Shown here piece by piece: positions 1-8,155 of a DNA stretch of 27,943 nt. Numbering within the stretch: position 1 is the stretch's first letter; each line of letters starts with the position of its first letter. This DNA is from Chloroflexota bacterium (GTDB lineage: Bacteria; Chloroflexota; UBA4733). The stretch spans positions 1 to 27,943 of the forward strand of contig JAICXR010000001.1 of the NCBI GenBank assembly GCA_025980355.1, given 5' to 3'. The notes under the pieces were generated by a model. It did no database searches. It was not told where the DNA came from and was given only the letters and a program-made list of their open reading frames with translations. The position numbers were made by a program, and so were the translations under genes.

Positions 1-479
1 GCCGCCAGGGCGGAGATATTCACGATCAGGCCGGAACGTTGGGCGATCATGAGCGGCGCGGCCAGCATGCTGCTGACATAATGGGCGCGCACGCCGGCCT
101 CGAACATCGCGTCCCAGCGAGCGATCGGCACGGTCCAGAAGTACTCGTAGCCGCCCCAGACGTTATTGACGAGAATGTCCAGCTTCCCGTGCTCGGCGCC
201 GATGCGCGCGAAGAGCGCCGCCACCTCCGTGTCGTTGCGGTGGTCGCAGCGCACGGGAATCGCCTGCCCGCCGAGTCGATTCACGGCGACGGCGGTCTCA
301 TGGATCGTGCCGGGGAGGTTCCCGGCACTCTGCCCCTCCTCGACCGTCCGCCCGGTCAGGTAGACCGTGGCGCCCTCTTCGCCCAGGCCGAGCGCGACGC
401 CCTTCCCGACCCCGCGACTCGCCCCGGTGACCAGGGCGACCTTCCCACTTAAGGGCGACGTGGCTAGACTAAGCTGCAT
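1..479 (-). CDS. SDR family NAD(P)-dependent oxidoreductase (partial, runs off window start)
   Basis: Missing from the ORF track. My translation from ATG 479 gives MQLSLATSPLSGKVALVTGASRGVGKGVALGLGEEGATVYLTGR...LDILVNN...GLIVNIS, i.e. the TGxxxGxG and NN motifs. GGAGG lies upstream. Frame stays open to position 1. Confidence 0.9.
   Translation of the reverse strand, partial: MQLSLATSPLSGKVALVTGASRGVGKGVALGLGEEGATVYLTGRTVEEGQSAGNLPGTIHETAVAVNRLGGQAIPVRCDHRNDTEVAALFARIGAEHGKLDILVNNVWGGYEYFWTVPIARWDAMFEAGVRAHYVSSMLAAPLMIAQRSGLIVNISALA
465..470 (+). promoter_or_regulatory. Candidate -10 element (TAGACT) for the arylsulfatase, lying inside the antisense SDR 5' end
   Basis: TANNNT hexamer 27-42 nt upstream of the sulfatase start options; the same TAGACTAA string precedes tilS. 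Confidence 0.35.
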
Positions 480-512
480 GACTGCCCCTCCGCTGGGATG
501 AAAGGTGCGCCC

Positions 513-2339
513 ATGGTAGCAGCACACCGGCCGCCCAACATCGTCTTCGTGCTCACCGACGATCAGGGCTACGGCGATCTTGGTTGCCACGGCAACCCGT
601 ATCTACGGACGCCGAACATCGACCGGCTGCACGGCCAGAGCGTCCGCCTCACCAACTTCCACGTCGGCCCGACCTGCTCGCCCACCCGCGCCGGTCTCTA
701 CACCGGGCACTATGCCAACAGCACCGGTGTCTGGCACACCATCGCCGGGCGCTCGTTATTGCGCCGGGACGAACGCACGCTGGCCGACCACCTCGCCGCC
801 GCCGGCTATGCGACCGGCCTGTTCGGCAAGTGGCACCTGGGCGATGCCTATCCCTACCGACCGCAGGATCGCGGCTTCCAGGAAGTCGTCACCCACGGCG
901 GCGGCGGCGTCGGCAACACGCCGGACTTCTGGGGCAACAACTACACCGGTGACCACTACTGCCGCAACGGCGTCTGGGAGCCGTTCGACGGCTACTGCAC
1001 CGACGTCTGGTTTGGGCTGGCCACCGACTTCATCACGCGCCACCGCGACCGGCCGTTCTACTGCATGCTGACACCCAACGCGCCCCACTCCCCCCACATC
1101 GTGCCGGAGCGGTTCAGCCGGCCCTACCTCGACCTCGCCCGATCGGACCCGGCGGCGGCCCGGTTCTTCAACCATCCGGCCTCCGACCAGATGGTCAAGT
1201 TCTACGGCATGGTCGCCTGCATCGACCAGAACGTCGGCCTCTTGCGCGCCCGCCTGGATGACCTCGGCCTGGCCGAGAACACCATCTTCATCTTCATGAC
1301 CGACAACGGCAGCGCCGGCGGCCTGGCGCGGGACCGGGAGCAGTTCATCACCCACGGCTACAACGCCGGGATGCGGGGCGGCAAGGCGACCCCCTACGAG
1401 GGCGGCCACCGCGTCCCGTTCTTTCTGCATTGGCCGGCCGGCGGCCTTGCCGAAGACCGCGACCTCGCCACGCTGACGGCGAACGTGGACATCGCGCCCA
1501 CGCTGCTCGACCTCTGTGGCGTCCCGAACGACCCGGCGGGGTTCCACGGGCGTAGCCTCCTCCCGCTCCTGCGCCCGACGGCGGCGGTGCCGGACTGGCC
1601 GGACCGGGCGATCGTGACCGACTCGCAGCGCCTGCTGCAGCCGCTCCAGTGGCGGCTGAGTTGCGCGATGCGCGGTCCGTGGCGGTTGATCAACGGCCAC
1701 GCCCTCTACCACCTCCCGAGCGACCCCGAACAACGCCACGACGTCGCCGGCCAGCACCCGCAGATCCTGGCGCAACTGCGCGCCGATTACGAGGCCTGGT
1801 GGGCATTGGTATCCGCCCACACGGACGAGGAGATCCCTATCCTGCTCGGCGACCCGACGGCCCCGCGGGTCTTGCTCACCTCCCACGACTGGCGCCGTAC
1901 GTCCACACAGGCGATTGGCATCGAAGAGTACGGAGATGACTCGCTCTGTGTCTGGAACCAGGCGCAGGTCCACGCCGGGCCGGAAGCAAACGGCTACTGG
2001 GAGGTGGAGGTGGTGCGCGCCGGCCGCTATCGGATCGAGCTACGCCGCTGGCCACGCGAGGCCGATCTGGCGCTGGCCGCCGGCATCCCCGGCGACGTGA
2101 CGCGGTATACCGACAGCATCGCCGACGGCTACGGCGGCGGCCGGGCGATCGCCATCTCCACGGCGGCGATTGCCATCGCCGGCGTCGGCGCCGAGCGCGC
2201 GGTCGATCCCGCCACCGCGGCGGCGGTGTTCGAATTGGACTTGCCGGCCGGGCCGGCGCACCTGCAGACCACGCTCCGCACGGTCGACGGCGCCGCGCTC
2301 GGCGCGTACTACGTCTACGTCGAGCCGGCGGGACATTAG
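513..2339 (+). CDS. Arylsulfatase (formylglycine-dependent, Cys type) with C-terminal extension
   Basis: PNIVFVLTDDQG, CSPTRAGLYTG (CxPxR), GLFGKWHLG, TDNG and YEGGHRVP motifs. ATG 513 follows AAAGG; ATG 498 is an in-frame alternative. No signal peptide seen. Confidence 0.95.
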   Translation: MVAAHRPPNIVFVLTDDQGYGDLGCHGNPYLRTPNIDRLHGQSVRLTNFHVGPTCSPTRAGLYTGHYANSTGVWHTIAGRSLLRRDERTLADHLAAAGYATGLFGKWHLGDAYPYRPQDRGFQEVVTHGGGGVGNTPDFWGNNYTGDHYCRNGVWEPFDGYCTDVWFGLATDFITRHRDRPFYCMLTPNAPHSPHIVPERFSRPYLDLARSDPAAARFFNHPASDQMVKFYGMVACIDQNVGLLRARLDDLGLAENTIFIFMTDNGSAGGLARDREQFITHGYNAGMRGGKATPYEGGHRVPFFLHWPAGGLAEDRDLATLTANVDIAPTLLDLCGVPNDPAGFHGRSLLPLLRPTAAVPDWPDRAIVTDSQRLLQPLQWRLSCAMRGPWRLINGHALYHLPSDPEQRHDVAGQHPQILAQLRADYEAWWALVSAHTDEEIPILLGDPTAPRVLLTSHDWRRTSTQAIGIEEYGDDSLCVWNQAQVHAGPEANGYWEVEVVRAGRYRIELRRWPREADLALAAGIPGDVTRYTDSIADGYGGGRAIAISTAAIAIAGVGAERAVDPATAAAVFELDLPAGPAHLQTTLRTVDGAALGAYYVYVEPAGH

Positions 2340-2370
2340 GTGGCGGTCAGGGCTTGTCGCCACCGCTTTT
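2339..2370 (+). terminator. Candidate intrinsic terminator after the sulfatase
   Basis: GGTGGCG (2339-2345) pairs with CGCCACC (2358-2364), followed by GCTTTT. Confidence 0.45.
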
Positions 2371-2502
2371 GGAGCCGTGGTAATGCCTTGGTAGCCAGCC
2401 GATTCCCCCCACCCGGATACCGTTCCGCTACGCAGTCGCTGGAAGTATTGGACGCAAGCGGACGGCCATGGTAGCGTTTTTTCGGATTGCATAAGAAGTC
2501 AA

Positions 2503-2508
2503 TATGAT
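2503..2508 (+). promoter_or_regulatory. Candidate -10 (TATGAT) for the dehydrogenase
   Basis: TATGAT in an AT-rich patch 18 nt before ATG 2527; -35 match is weak (TTTCGG). Confidence 0.4.
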
Positions 2509-2526
2509 CGCCGAAGGGCAGGGGCT

Positions 2527-3522
2527 ATGCAGATCGCCATCCTCATTCCCGACACGACCTACGCCCAGTTGTACCCGCCGGACGTGCAGGCGCGCCTTCA
2601 CCGGCTCGGGACGGTGGAGCAAGCGACGGGCAATAGCGCCGCCCTGGCGGAACAGGCCCCCGCCCTGCTGGCCGGGGCCGAAGCGCTCCTGGCCGGACCC
2701 GGGACGCCCAGCCTGAAGGAGGAATGGCTCGACGCCGCCCCCAACCTGAAGATCATCGGCTACTCCACCGGCAGCGTCCGCGGCATCATCCCGCCGACCA
2801 TCTTCGGGCGAGGCATCCGGCTTTTCCATAATGCGCCCGTGATCGCCGATGCCGTCGCCGAGTTTTCCATCGGCCTGGCGCTCTTCTGGCTGCGCCGCTT
2901 CCACGCCCACGATCAGCAGTTCCGCGCCGGCGTCCCCTGGAAGGAGATCCAGGTGACCCCCGGCCGCCTGCTGGCCGGGCGGTGGGCGGGGCTGGTCGGC
3001 GCCGGCTACGTCGCGCAGCGCCACATCCGGCTGCTGCTGGCCTTTGGCGCCCATGTCCGCGTCTATGACCCCTACCTCACCCCGGAGCGCGCCGCCGAGC
3101 TCGGCGTCGAAAAGGCGTCGCTGGAGCAGGTCTTCGGCGAGAGCGAGATCATCGCCGTGCATGCCCCGAAGACGCCGGAGACGTATCACATGATCAACGC
3201 CGATATTCTCGCCCGCATCCAACCCGACGCGATCCTGATCCAGAACTCCCGCGCCTGGGCGATGGACCAGGACGCCCTGTTGCGGGAGCTGCAGACCGGG
3301 CGCTTCTGGGCGGCGCTGGACGTCTTCGACAAGGAGCCGCTGCCGGCCGACAGCCCCTTCTTTCAGTTGGACAACGTGCTGCTGACTCCCCACATGGCCG
3401 GCAAGGCCCGGTCGACGCCCGGCAAGCTGGGGCATGCCCTGGTCGACGAGCTGGAGCGATACCAGCGCGGCGAGCCGCTACGCCAGGAGATCCTTGCCGA
3501 GAAATACGACCAGCTCGCCTGA
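2527..3522 (+). CDS. D-isomer-specific 2-hydroxyacid dehydrogenase family protein
   Basis: GLVGAGYVA nucleotide-binding loop, YDPY, NSR (Arg), LDVFDKEP (Glu) and TPHMAG (His). Confidence 0.92.
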   Translation: MQIAILIPDTTYAQLYPPDVQARLHRLGTVEQATGNSAALAEQAPALLAGAEALLAGPGTPSLKEEWLDAAPNLKIIGYSTGSVRGIIPPTIFGRGIRLFHNAPVIADAVAEFSIGLALFWLRRFHAHDQQFRAGVPWKEIQVTPGRLLAGRWAGLVGAGYVAQRHIRLLLAFGAHVRVYDPYLTPERAAELGVEKASLEQVFGESEIIAVHAPKTPETYHMINADILARIQPDAILIQNSRAWAMDQDALLRELQTGRFWAALDVFDKEPLPADSPFFQLDNVLLTPHMAGKARSTPGKLGHALVDELERYQRGEPLRQEILAEKYDQLA

Positions 3523-3630
3523 TGACGTAAGCCATCGATGTCCATCCGACGGCGGCCGCCATGGACTTCCTTCCCTTGCAGACGCGACTCCTGCCGCCCG
3601 TCAATATCAGCCCGGCGTTCCTTTGGGCAG

Positions 3631-3636
3631 TAGACT
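3631..3636 (+). promoter_or_regulatory. Candidate -10 (TAGACT) positioned for a leaderless tilS mRNA
   Basis: TAGACT, 6 nt, then GTG 3643; no SD sequence upstream. Confidence 0.45.
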
Positions 3637-3642
3637 AACAGC

Positions 3643-5049
3643 GTGAGCGGAGCAGCGGTCCCCCGGCGCGGCGATCCATTGCTTGCTGCCGTGCGTCGCT
3701 ACTGTCGCCAACTGGACCTTCTTCCGCCCGGTGCGCTCGTCGTCGCCGTGTCCGGTGGGGCCGATTCGGTCTGCCTGCTCCATGTGTTGCAGCGACTGCG
3801 CGGGGAATTCGGTCTGGAGCTCCACGTCGCCCATTTCAACCACGGGTTGCGGGGCGCGGAATCCGACGCCGATGCCCGGTTTGTGGCTGAGCTGGCGGAT
3901 CGCTTGCACCTGCCGGCGTCCTTCGGCGGCGGCGATGTGGCCGGGGCGGCGAAGGCCGCTCACCGGTCGCTCGAAGCGGTCGCCCACGACCTGCGTTGGG
4001 CCTTCCTGGAAGCGGTACGGCGGTGCTGCGGAGCGGAGGCGGTCGCCACCGGCCACACGGCCGACGATCAGGCGGAGACAGTCTTGCTGCACCTGCTTCG
4101 CGGCAGTGGCCTGCCCGGCCTGGCCGGCATGGCCCCCGTCGGCGTGCGGGTGCGGCGGCCCCTGTTGGCGGTCCGCCACAGCGACTGCTTGGCCTGGTGC
4201 CGGGAGCGGAGCGTCGCCTGGCGGGAGGACGCCTCCAACGCCGAGCCCTGGTGCCGTCGCAACCTGGTCCGCCTGGAGGTGCTGCCGGCTCTCCGCCGCT
4301 ACAACCCCTCCATTGCCACGGCGCTCGCCGGTCTGGCGGAAACGGTGCAGGTCGACCTGGCGTATCTGGACCAGCAGGCCGAGGTCGCCTTCAACGGTCT
4401 GGTCCGCCCGGCGGATGACGGCGTGGAACAGGTATCGCTGGCGGGATATCAATCCTTGCCGGGGGCGCTGCGCCGCCATCTCCTCGTGCGCTGGCTGGGC
4501 CCGGGCGTCCGCCGCGCGCACGTCGCGGCCGTCGACACGTTGCTCCGTACCGGCCGCGCCGGGGATGCGGTCGCCGTCTCCGGCGACCGGCAGGTCGTCC
4601 GGCGCTACACCGATGCCGTCCTGTCGCCGCGCGGCGCGCCACCGCCGCTTCCGGCGATTGCCGTGGCCGTGCCGGGCACGACATTTGCCCCGGGCTGGGA
4701 CTGGACGATCGAGGCGGACCTGCTCCCGGCCCCGGTCGGGCCCCCGCCCGATCGCTGGACGGTGGCCCTGGACGCTGACCGCGTGCGGTTGCCGCTCACG
4801 CTGCGCAGCCGCCGCCCCGGCGATCGCCTGGAGCTCCCCGGCGTGGCCGGCGCGACGAAGCTGCAGGATCTGCTCGTGGACGCTAAGATTCCGCGACGGG
4901 AGCGGGATCGTGTCGGCGTCGTGGAGGCGGCGAATGGGATCGTCTGGCTGGCCGGCCGGCGGACGGCCGGTTGGGCGCTGGCCGACGCCGGCAGCGCCCG
5001 TGTCCTGCGTCTGACGGTGCTGCGGAACGAGAGCCGGGAGCAACGATGA
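3643..5049 (+). CDS. tilS: tRNA(Ile)-lysidine synthetase
   Basis: VAVSGGADS PP-loop, HFNHGLR, GHTADDQAET, RNLVR and TilS C-terminal RSRRPGDR...KIPRRER; directly upstream of hpt. Confidence 0.96.
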   Translation: MSGAAVPRRGDPLLAAVRRYCRQLDLLPPGALVVAVSGGADSVCLLHVLQRLRGEFGLELHVAHFNHGLRGAESDADARFVAELADRLHLPASFGGGDVAGAAKAAHRSLEAVAHDLRWAFLEAVRRCCGAEAVATGHTADDQAETVLLHLLRGSGLPGLAGMAPVGVRVRRPLLAVRHSDCLAWCRERSVAWREDASNAEPWCRRNLVRLEVLPALRRYNPSIATALAGLAETVQVDLAYLDQQAEVAFNGLVRPADDGVEQVSLAGYQSLPGALRRHLLVRWLGPGVRRAHVAAVDTLLRTGRAGDAVAVSGDRQVVRRYTDAVLSPRGAPPPLPAIAVAVPGTTFAPGWDWTIEADLLPAPVGPPPDRWTVALDADRVRLPLTLRSRRPGDRLELPGVAGATKLQDLLVDAKIPRRERDRVGVVEAANGIVWLAGRRTAGWALADAGSARVLRLTVLRNESREQR

Positions 5050-5678
5050 ACGGCCACGCCGATGCCGCCCCGCCGCGGTCGCTCGTCCCCGGCCCCCGGG
5101 TCTTGTCGCCGATGGACGACGACATGCTGGCGGTCCTGATCGGCCCGGAGGCGTTGCAGCGCCGGGTCGGTGAACTGGCCGCCGAACTGGCCGGCGTCTA
5201 CGCCGATCGCAACCCGGTGCTGGTGGGCGTGTTGAAGGGGGCGGTCGTCTTCATTGTCGACCTAATGCGCGCCATGGCGATCCCCTTGCAGGTGGAATTC
5301 ATGGCCGTCAGCAGCTACCAGGGCGGCACGCGCAGTAGCGGGGCGGTGCGCATCCTCATGGACCTCAGGACGAGCGTCGAGGGCCGCGATGTGCTGATTG
5401 TGGAGGACATCGTGGATAGCGGCCTGACCCTCCGCTATCTGCGCGACTACCTGCTGGCGCAGCGCCCGGCCAGCCTCCGAATCGTCGCCTTGCTGGACAA
5501 GGAGGTCGAGCGGAGCGATGGCGTGCCGATCGATTACACCGGTTTTCGCATCCCCGACCGCTTCGTGGTCGGTTATGGCTTAGACTACGCCGAGCGGTAT
5601 CGCAATCTGCCCTTTGTGGGCGTGATTAAGCCGGCGATCCTGGGCGGGGAGTCCGCCGAGAATGCGCGGCAACGCTAG
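5046..5678 (+). CDS. hpt: Hypoxanthine phosphoribosyltransferase
   Basis: VLKGA, VSSY, LIVEDIVDSGLT and FVVGYGLDY motifs. ATGA overlap with the tilS stop gives start 5046; ATG 5112 is an alternative. Confidence 0.96.
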   Translation: MNGHADAAPPRSLVPGPRVLSPMDDDMLAVLIGPEALQRRVGELAAELAGVYADRNPVLVGVLKGAVVFIVDLMRAMAIPLQVEFMAVSSYQGGTRSSGAVRILMDLRTSVEGRDVLIVEDIVDSGLTLRYLRDYLLAQRPASLRIVALLDKEVERSDGVPIDYTGFRIPDRFVVGYGLDYAERYRNLPFVGVIKPAILGGESAENARQR

Positions 5679-5714
5679 GCGTTGCGCTGTGTGACCGTAA
5701 TGGGAGGAACAACC

Positions 5715-6107
5715 ATGGCCGATGAGAAGCGGATCGTCCGCACGAACCTTGCGCCCCAGCCGGTGGGGCCCTATTCGCAGGCGACCGTCTGGAATGGCCT
5801 GGTCTTTGTCGCCGGGCAAGGGCCGACCGATCCGGCCACGGGCCAGCGGGCCGAGGACATCGAAGGGCAGACGCGCCAGGTGCTGAACAACCTGCGTGCC
5901 ATCCTGGAGGCTGCCAACAGCTCGCTCGACCTGGCACTCCGCTGCACCTGCTACCTGCGCGACATGGACGACTTCACGAAGTTCAACGCCGTCTACGCGC
6001 AATACTTCCCGCAGAATCCCCCCGCCCGCACCACCATACAGGCTGGACGCTTGCCGGGCGACATCTCGGTGGAGATCGACGTGATGGCCGCGGTGCGGCA
6101 GGCATGA
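5715..6107 (+). CDS. ridA: RidA/YjgF family reactive enamine/imine deaminase
   Basis: PVGPYSQA, FNAVYAQYF, PPARTT (catalytic Arg) and VEID. GGAGG precedes ATG 5715. Confidence 0.93.
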   Translation: MADEKRIVRTNLAPQPVGPYSQATVWNGLVFVAGQGPTDPATGQRAEDIEGQTRQVLNNLRAILEAANSSLDLALRCTCYLRDMDDFTKFNAVYAQYFPQNPPARTTIQAGRLPGDISVEIDVMAAVRQA

Positions 6108-6113
6108 GGTAGA

Positions 6114-6153
6114 CGGGCCCTCACCCGGCGCCGCGGCGCCGGGTGAGGGCCCG
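6114..6153. terminator. Perfect 40-bp GC-rich palindrome between convergent ridA and sigma genes; probable bidirectional terminator
   Basis: CGGGCCCTCACCCGGCGCCG|CGGCGCCGGGTGAGGGCCCG, checked base by base; no U-tract on either side. Confidence 0.6.
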
Positions 6154-6158
6154 CTCGC

Positions 6159-7130
6159 TTAGTTCGACACGTGCCCGCGGAGCAACGCCGACACGTCTTC
6201 GTGGCGGAGGCGGCGGAGCGCCTTCGTCTCGATCTGGCGGATGCGCTCGCGGGTCAGGCCGAGGGTGCGTCCGACTTCCTCCAGCGTGTGTTCGCGGCCG
6301 TTATCGATCAGGCCGTAGCGGAGGCGGATCACTTCGCGCTCCCGCATGTCGAGCACCGACAGGGCCTGGGTCACGGCCGAGCGGCGGTCTTCCGCCTCGG
6401 CCAGCTCTTCGGCGCCGGGGTCGCTGTCGCGGATCAGGTCGCCCAGCGCCAGTTCGCCGTCTTCGCCCAGCGGCGCGTCCAGCGAGGCGACGGGGCGCGA
6501 CGCCTGGGCCAGCGCCGTCACCTGCTCCACCGGAACCTGCGCCTCCGCCGCCACTTCCGCGTCGGACGGCGTCCGCCCGAGCCGCTCGCGCAGCGCCTCG
6601 CGGGCGTGGTCGACCAGGTTGCGCCGGCCGGAGAGGTATTCGGGCAGGCGCACCAGGCGCGACTGCTCGTTGAGCGCGCGCAGGATCGCCTGACGGATCC
6701 ACCAGGTCGCGTAGGTCGAGAAGCGGAAACCACGGGAAGGATCGAACTTCTCTGCGGCGCGCATCAACCCGACGCTGCCTTCCTGGATCAGGTCGAGCAA
6801 CGACATGCCCAGGTTCTGATATTTCTTGGCCACGCTGACCACCAGGCGCAGGTTGTGCTGCACCAGAGCGTGGACGGCGCGGCGATCGCCCGCCTGCGCC
6901 CGGCGCCCCAGGCTCACTTCCTGGGCGGGGGTCAGCAGCGGCGCCGCGCCGATCTCCGCGAGATAGGCCGCGAGGCTGTCCAGCGCCGGAGCGTGCGGAT
7001 CTTCCTCTTCATAGCGCGCCCGCGTCGGGCGACTGGCAACGGGCAGCGCCCATTCGGTCGAGTTCGCTTCGTCGGAGGTCAGCGTATCACTGGTGTTTGT
7101 GTGGTACCATTCTTCCATAACTGCCGCCAT
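6159..7130 (-). CDS. RNA polymerase sigma-70 factor, RpoD/SigA-like, lacking region 1.1 (group 2-like)
   Basis: Region 1.2 [11 protein letters not shown], region 2 [13 protein letters not shown]...DLIQEG...[13 protein letters not shown], region 4.2 [28 protein letters not shown] lies 6 nt before ATG 7130; GTG 7133 is an alternative. Confidence 0.95.
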   Translation of the reverse strand: MAAVMEEWYHTNTSDTLTSDEANSTEWALPVASRPTRARYEEEDPHAPALDSLAAYLAEIGAAPLLTPAQEVSLGRRAQAGDRRAVHALVQHNLRLVVSVAKKYQNLGMSLLDLIQEGSVGLMRAAEKFDPSRGFRFSTYATWWIRQAILRALNEQSRLVRLPEYLSGRRNLVDHAREALRERLGRTPSDAEVAAEAQVPVEQVTALAQASRPVASLDAPLGEDGELALGDLIRDSDPGAEELAEAEDRRSAVTQALSVLDMREREVIRLRYGLIDNGREHTLEEVGRTLGLTRERIRQIETKALRRLRHEDVSALLRGHVSN

Positions 7131-7184
7131 CACGCCACCTCCTCGGGGATTGCATATTCTATGCCCGGATTTTTCGGGCCTAGT

Positions 7185-7213
7185 ATGTTACCAGGGTTTG
7201 CACAATAACACAA
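7185..7213 (-). promoter_or_regulatory. Candidate sigma-70 promoter for the sigma gene
   Basis: Minus strand TTGTGT-N17-TAACAT with TG-G directly before the -10. A second -10-like TAGAAT lies at 7156-7161. Confidence 0.55.
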
Positions 7214-7271
7214 CCGTCAGGCGGCGTAGGGTCCCCCAACGGTACCGTGTTGCCGTCGCTTTGCTGCATAA

Positions 7272-7291
7272 GGACGCACGAAGCGGCGTCC
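7272..7291 (-). terminator. Candidate weak terminator hairpin after mntR
   Basis: GGACGC-N8-GCGTCC followed by TTAT, 2 nt after the TGA stop. Confidence 0.35.
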
Positions 7292-7293
7292 GG

Positions 7294-7989
7294 TCACGAC
7301 GCGATCCGGGACAGAGGATCGACGGTTAGCTCCGCGGCGAGGTCCAAGCTGATCGTCCGCTCTTCCGCGCCGACGCGCAGGCGCAACGGTTCTCGGAAGG
7401 GACCGCGGGCCAGGATGGTCACCTCAGCGCCGGGAGTGAGGCCCAATTCGGCAAGGTAGCGTAGCTTGGCGGGATCGCGGTCGCTCACCCGTCGCACGAG
7501 CGCGGACACGCCCGCCGGCAGATCGGCCAGACGCCGTTCCGCCGACGCCGGTACCTGGCCGGCCAGGGTCGGAATCGGGTCGCCGTGCGGATCGGCGGCC
7601 GGGTTGCCGAGCTTGTCGGCGATGCGTTCTTCCAGTCGCTCGGACATGGCGTGTTCCAGCCGCTCGGCGTCTTCGTGCACCTCGTCCCACGCGTAGCCGA
7701 GGACCTGGACCAGGAACTGCTCGGCGAGGCGGTGATGCCGGATCACCTCCAGCGCCGCTCGATTCCCCGTCTCGGTCAGGCGAACGCCATAATAGGGGGT
7801 GTGGTCGACGAGGCCAAGCTGCGCCAGTTGACGCAGCATATGCGAGGTGCCGGCCGGACTGATGTGGAGCCAATCCGCCAGCGCCGTGGTACTGACCGGC
7901 TGTTCGGCGCCACCCAGGTGGTAAATGGCCTTGACGTAATCCTCGACGGCCTGGGTGGTCGGGCGACCCTGGGCGTCTTGTGGCATCAT
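7294..7989 (-). CDS. mntR: DtxR/MntR family metal-dependent transcriptional regulator with C-terminal FeoA-like domain
   Basis: VEDYVKAIY wHTH start, RHHRLAEQFL, HEDAERLEH and DPHGDPIP, then FeoA-like LAELGLTPGAEV. Glu at the DtxR Cys102 position suggests the Mn-type. Start is ATG 7989 or 7986 after GGAGG. Confidence 0.9.
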   Translation of the reverse strand: MMPQDAQGRPTTQAVEDYVKAIYHLGGAEQPVSTTALADWLHISPAGTSHMLRQLAQLGLVDHTPYYGVRLTETGNRAALEVIRHHRLAEQFLVQVLGYAWDEVHEDAERLEHAMSERLEERIADKLGNPAADPHGDPIPTLAGQVPASAERRLADLPAGVSALVRRVSDRDPAKLRYLAELGLTPGAEVTILARGPFREPLRLRVGAEERTISLDLAAELTVDPLSRIAS

Positions 7990-8003
7990 CCCCTCCAATA
8001 CGG

Positions 8004-8009
8004 AGTGTA
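8004..8009 (-). promoter_or_regulatory. Candidate -10 (GG-TACACT) for mntR
   Basis: TACACT on the minus strand just upstream of the SD; no good -35. Confidence 0.4.
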
Positions 8010-8155
8010 CCTGACGGTCGGAATGGGAACCGGCGAAGTGGCCCGAAGCATGGTACTCCTACATTCGCTCGCCGCGCTTGCTGTTATCGTGACGGTACGC
8101 GCCACACTCTGGAGTATTACGGCGGGATTTTTGACCGAATGGTGAACGAAAGCCG

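Noticed and set aside
4971-5045. Track start for hpt at 4971
   Set aside because: Deep inside tilS; the ATGA overlap at 5046 is more plausible.
756-7208. Long antisense/alternate-frame ORFs (756-1973, 2428-3435, 3607-5043, 3683-5014, 6171-7208)
   Set aside because: They lie wholly over motif-verified genes and show no family motifs; typical shadow ORFs of high-GC codon bias.
7990-8155. DtxR/MntR operator upstream of mntR
   Set aside because: No AT-rich ~19-bp dyad resembling known boxes found.
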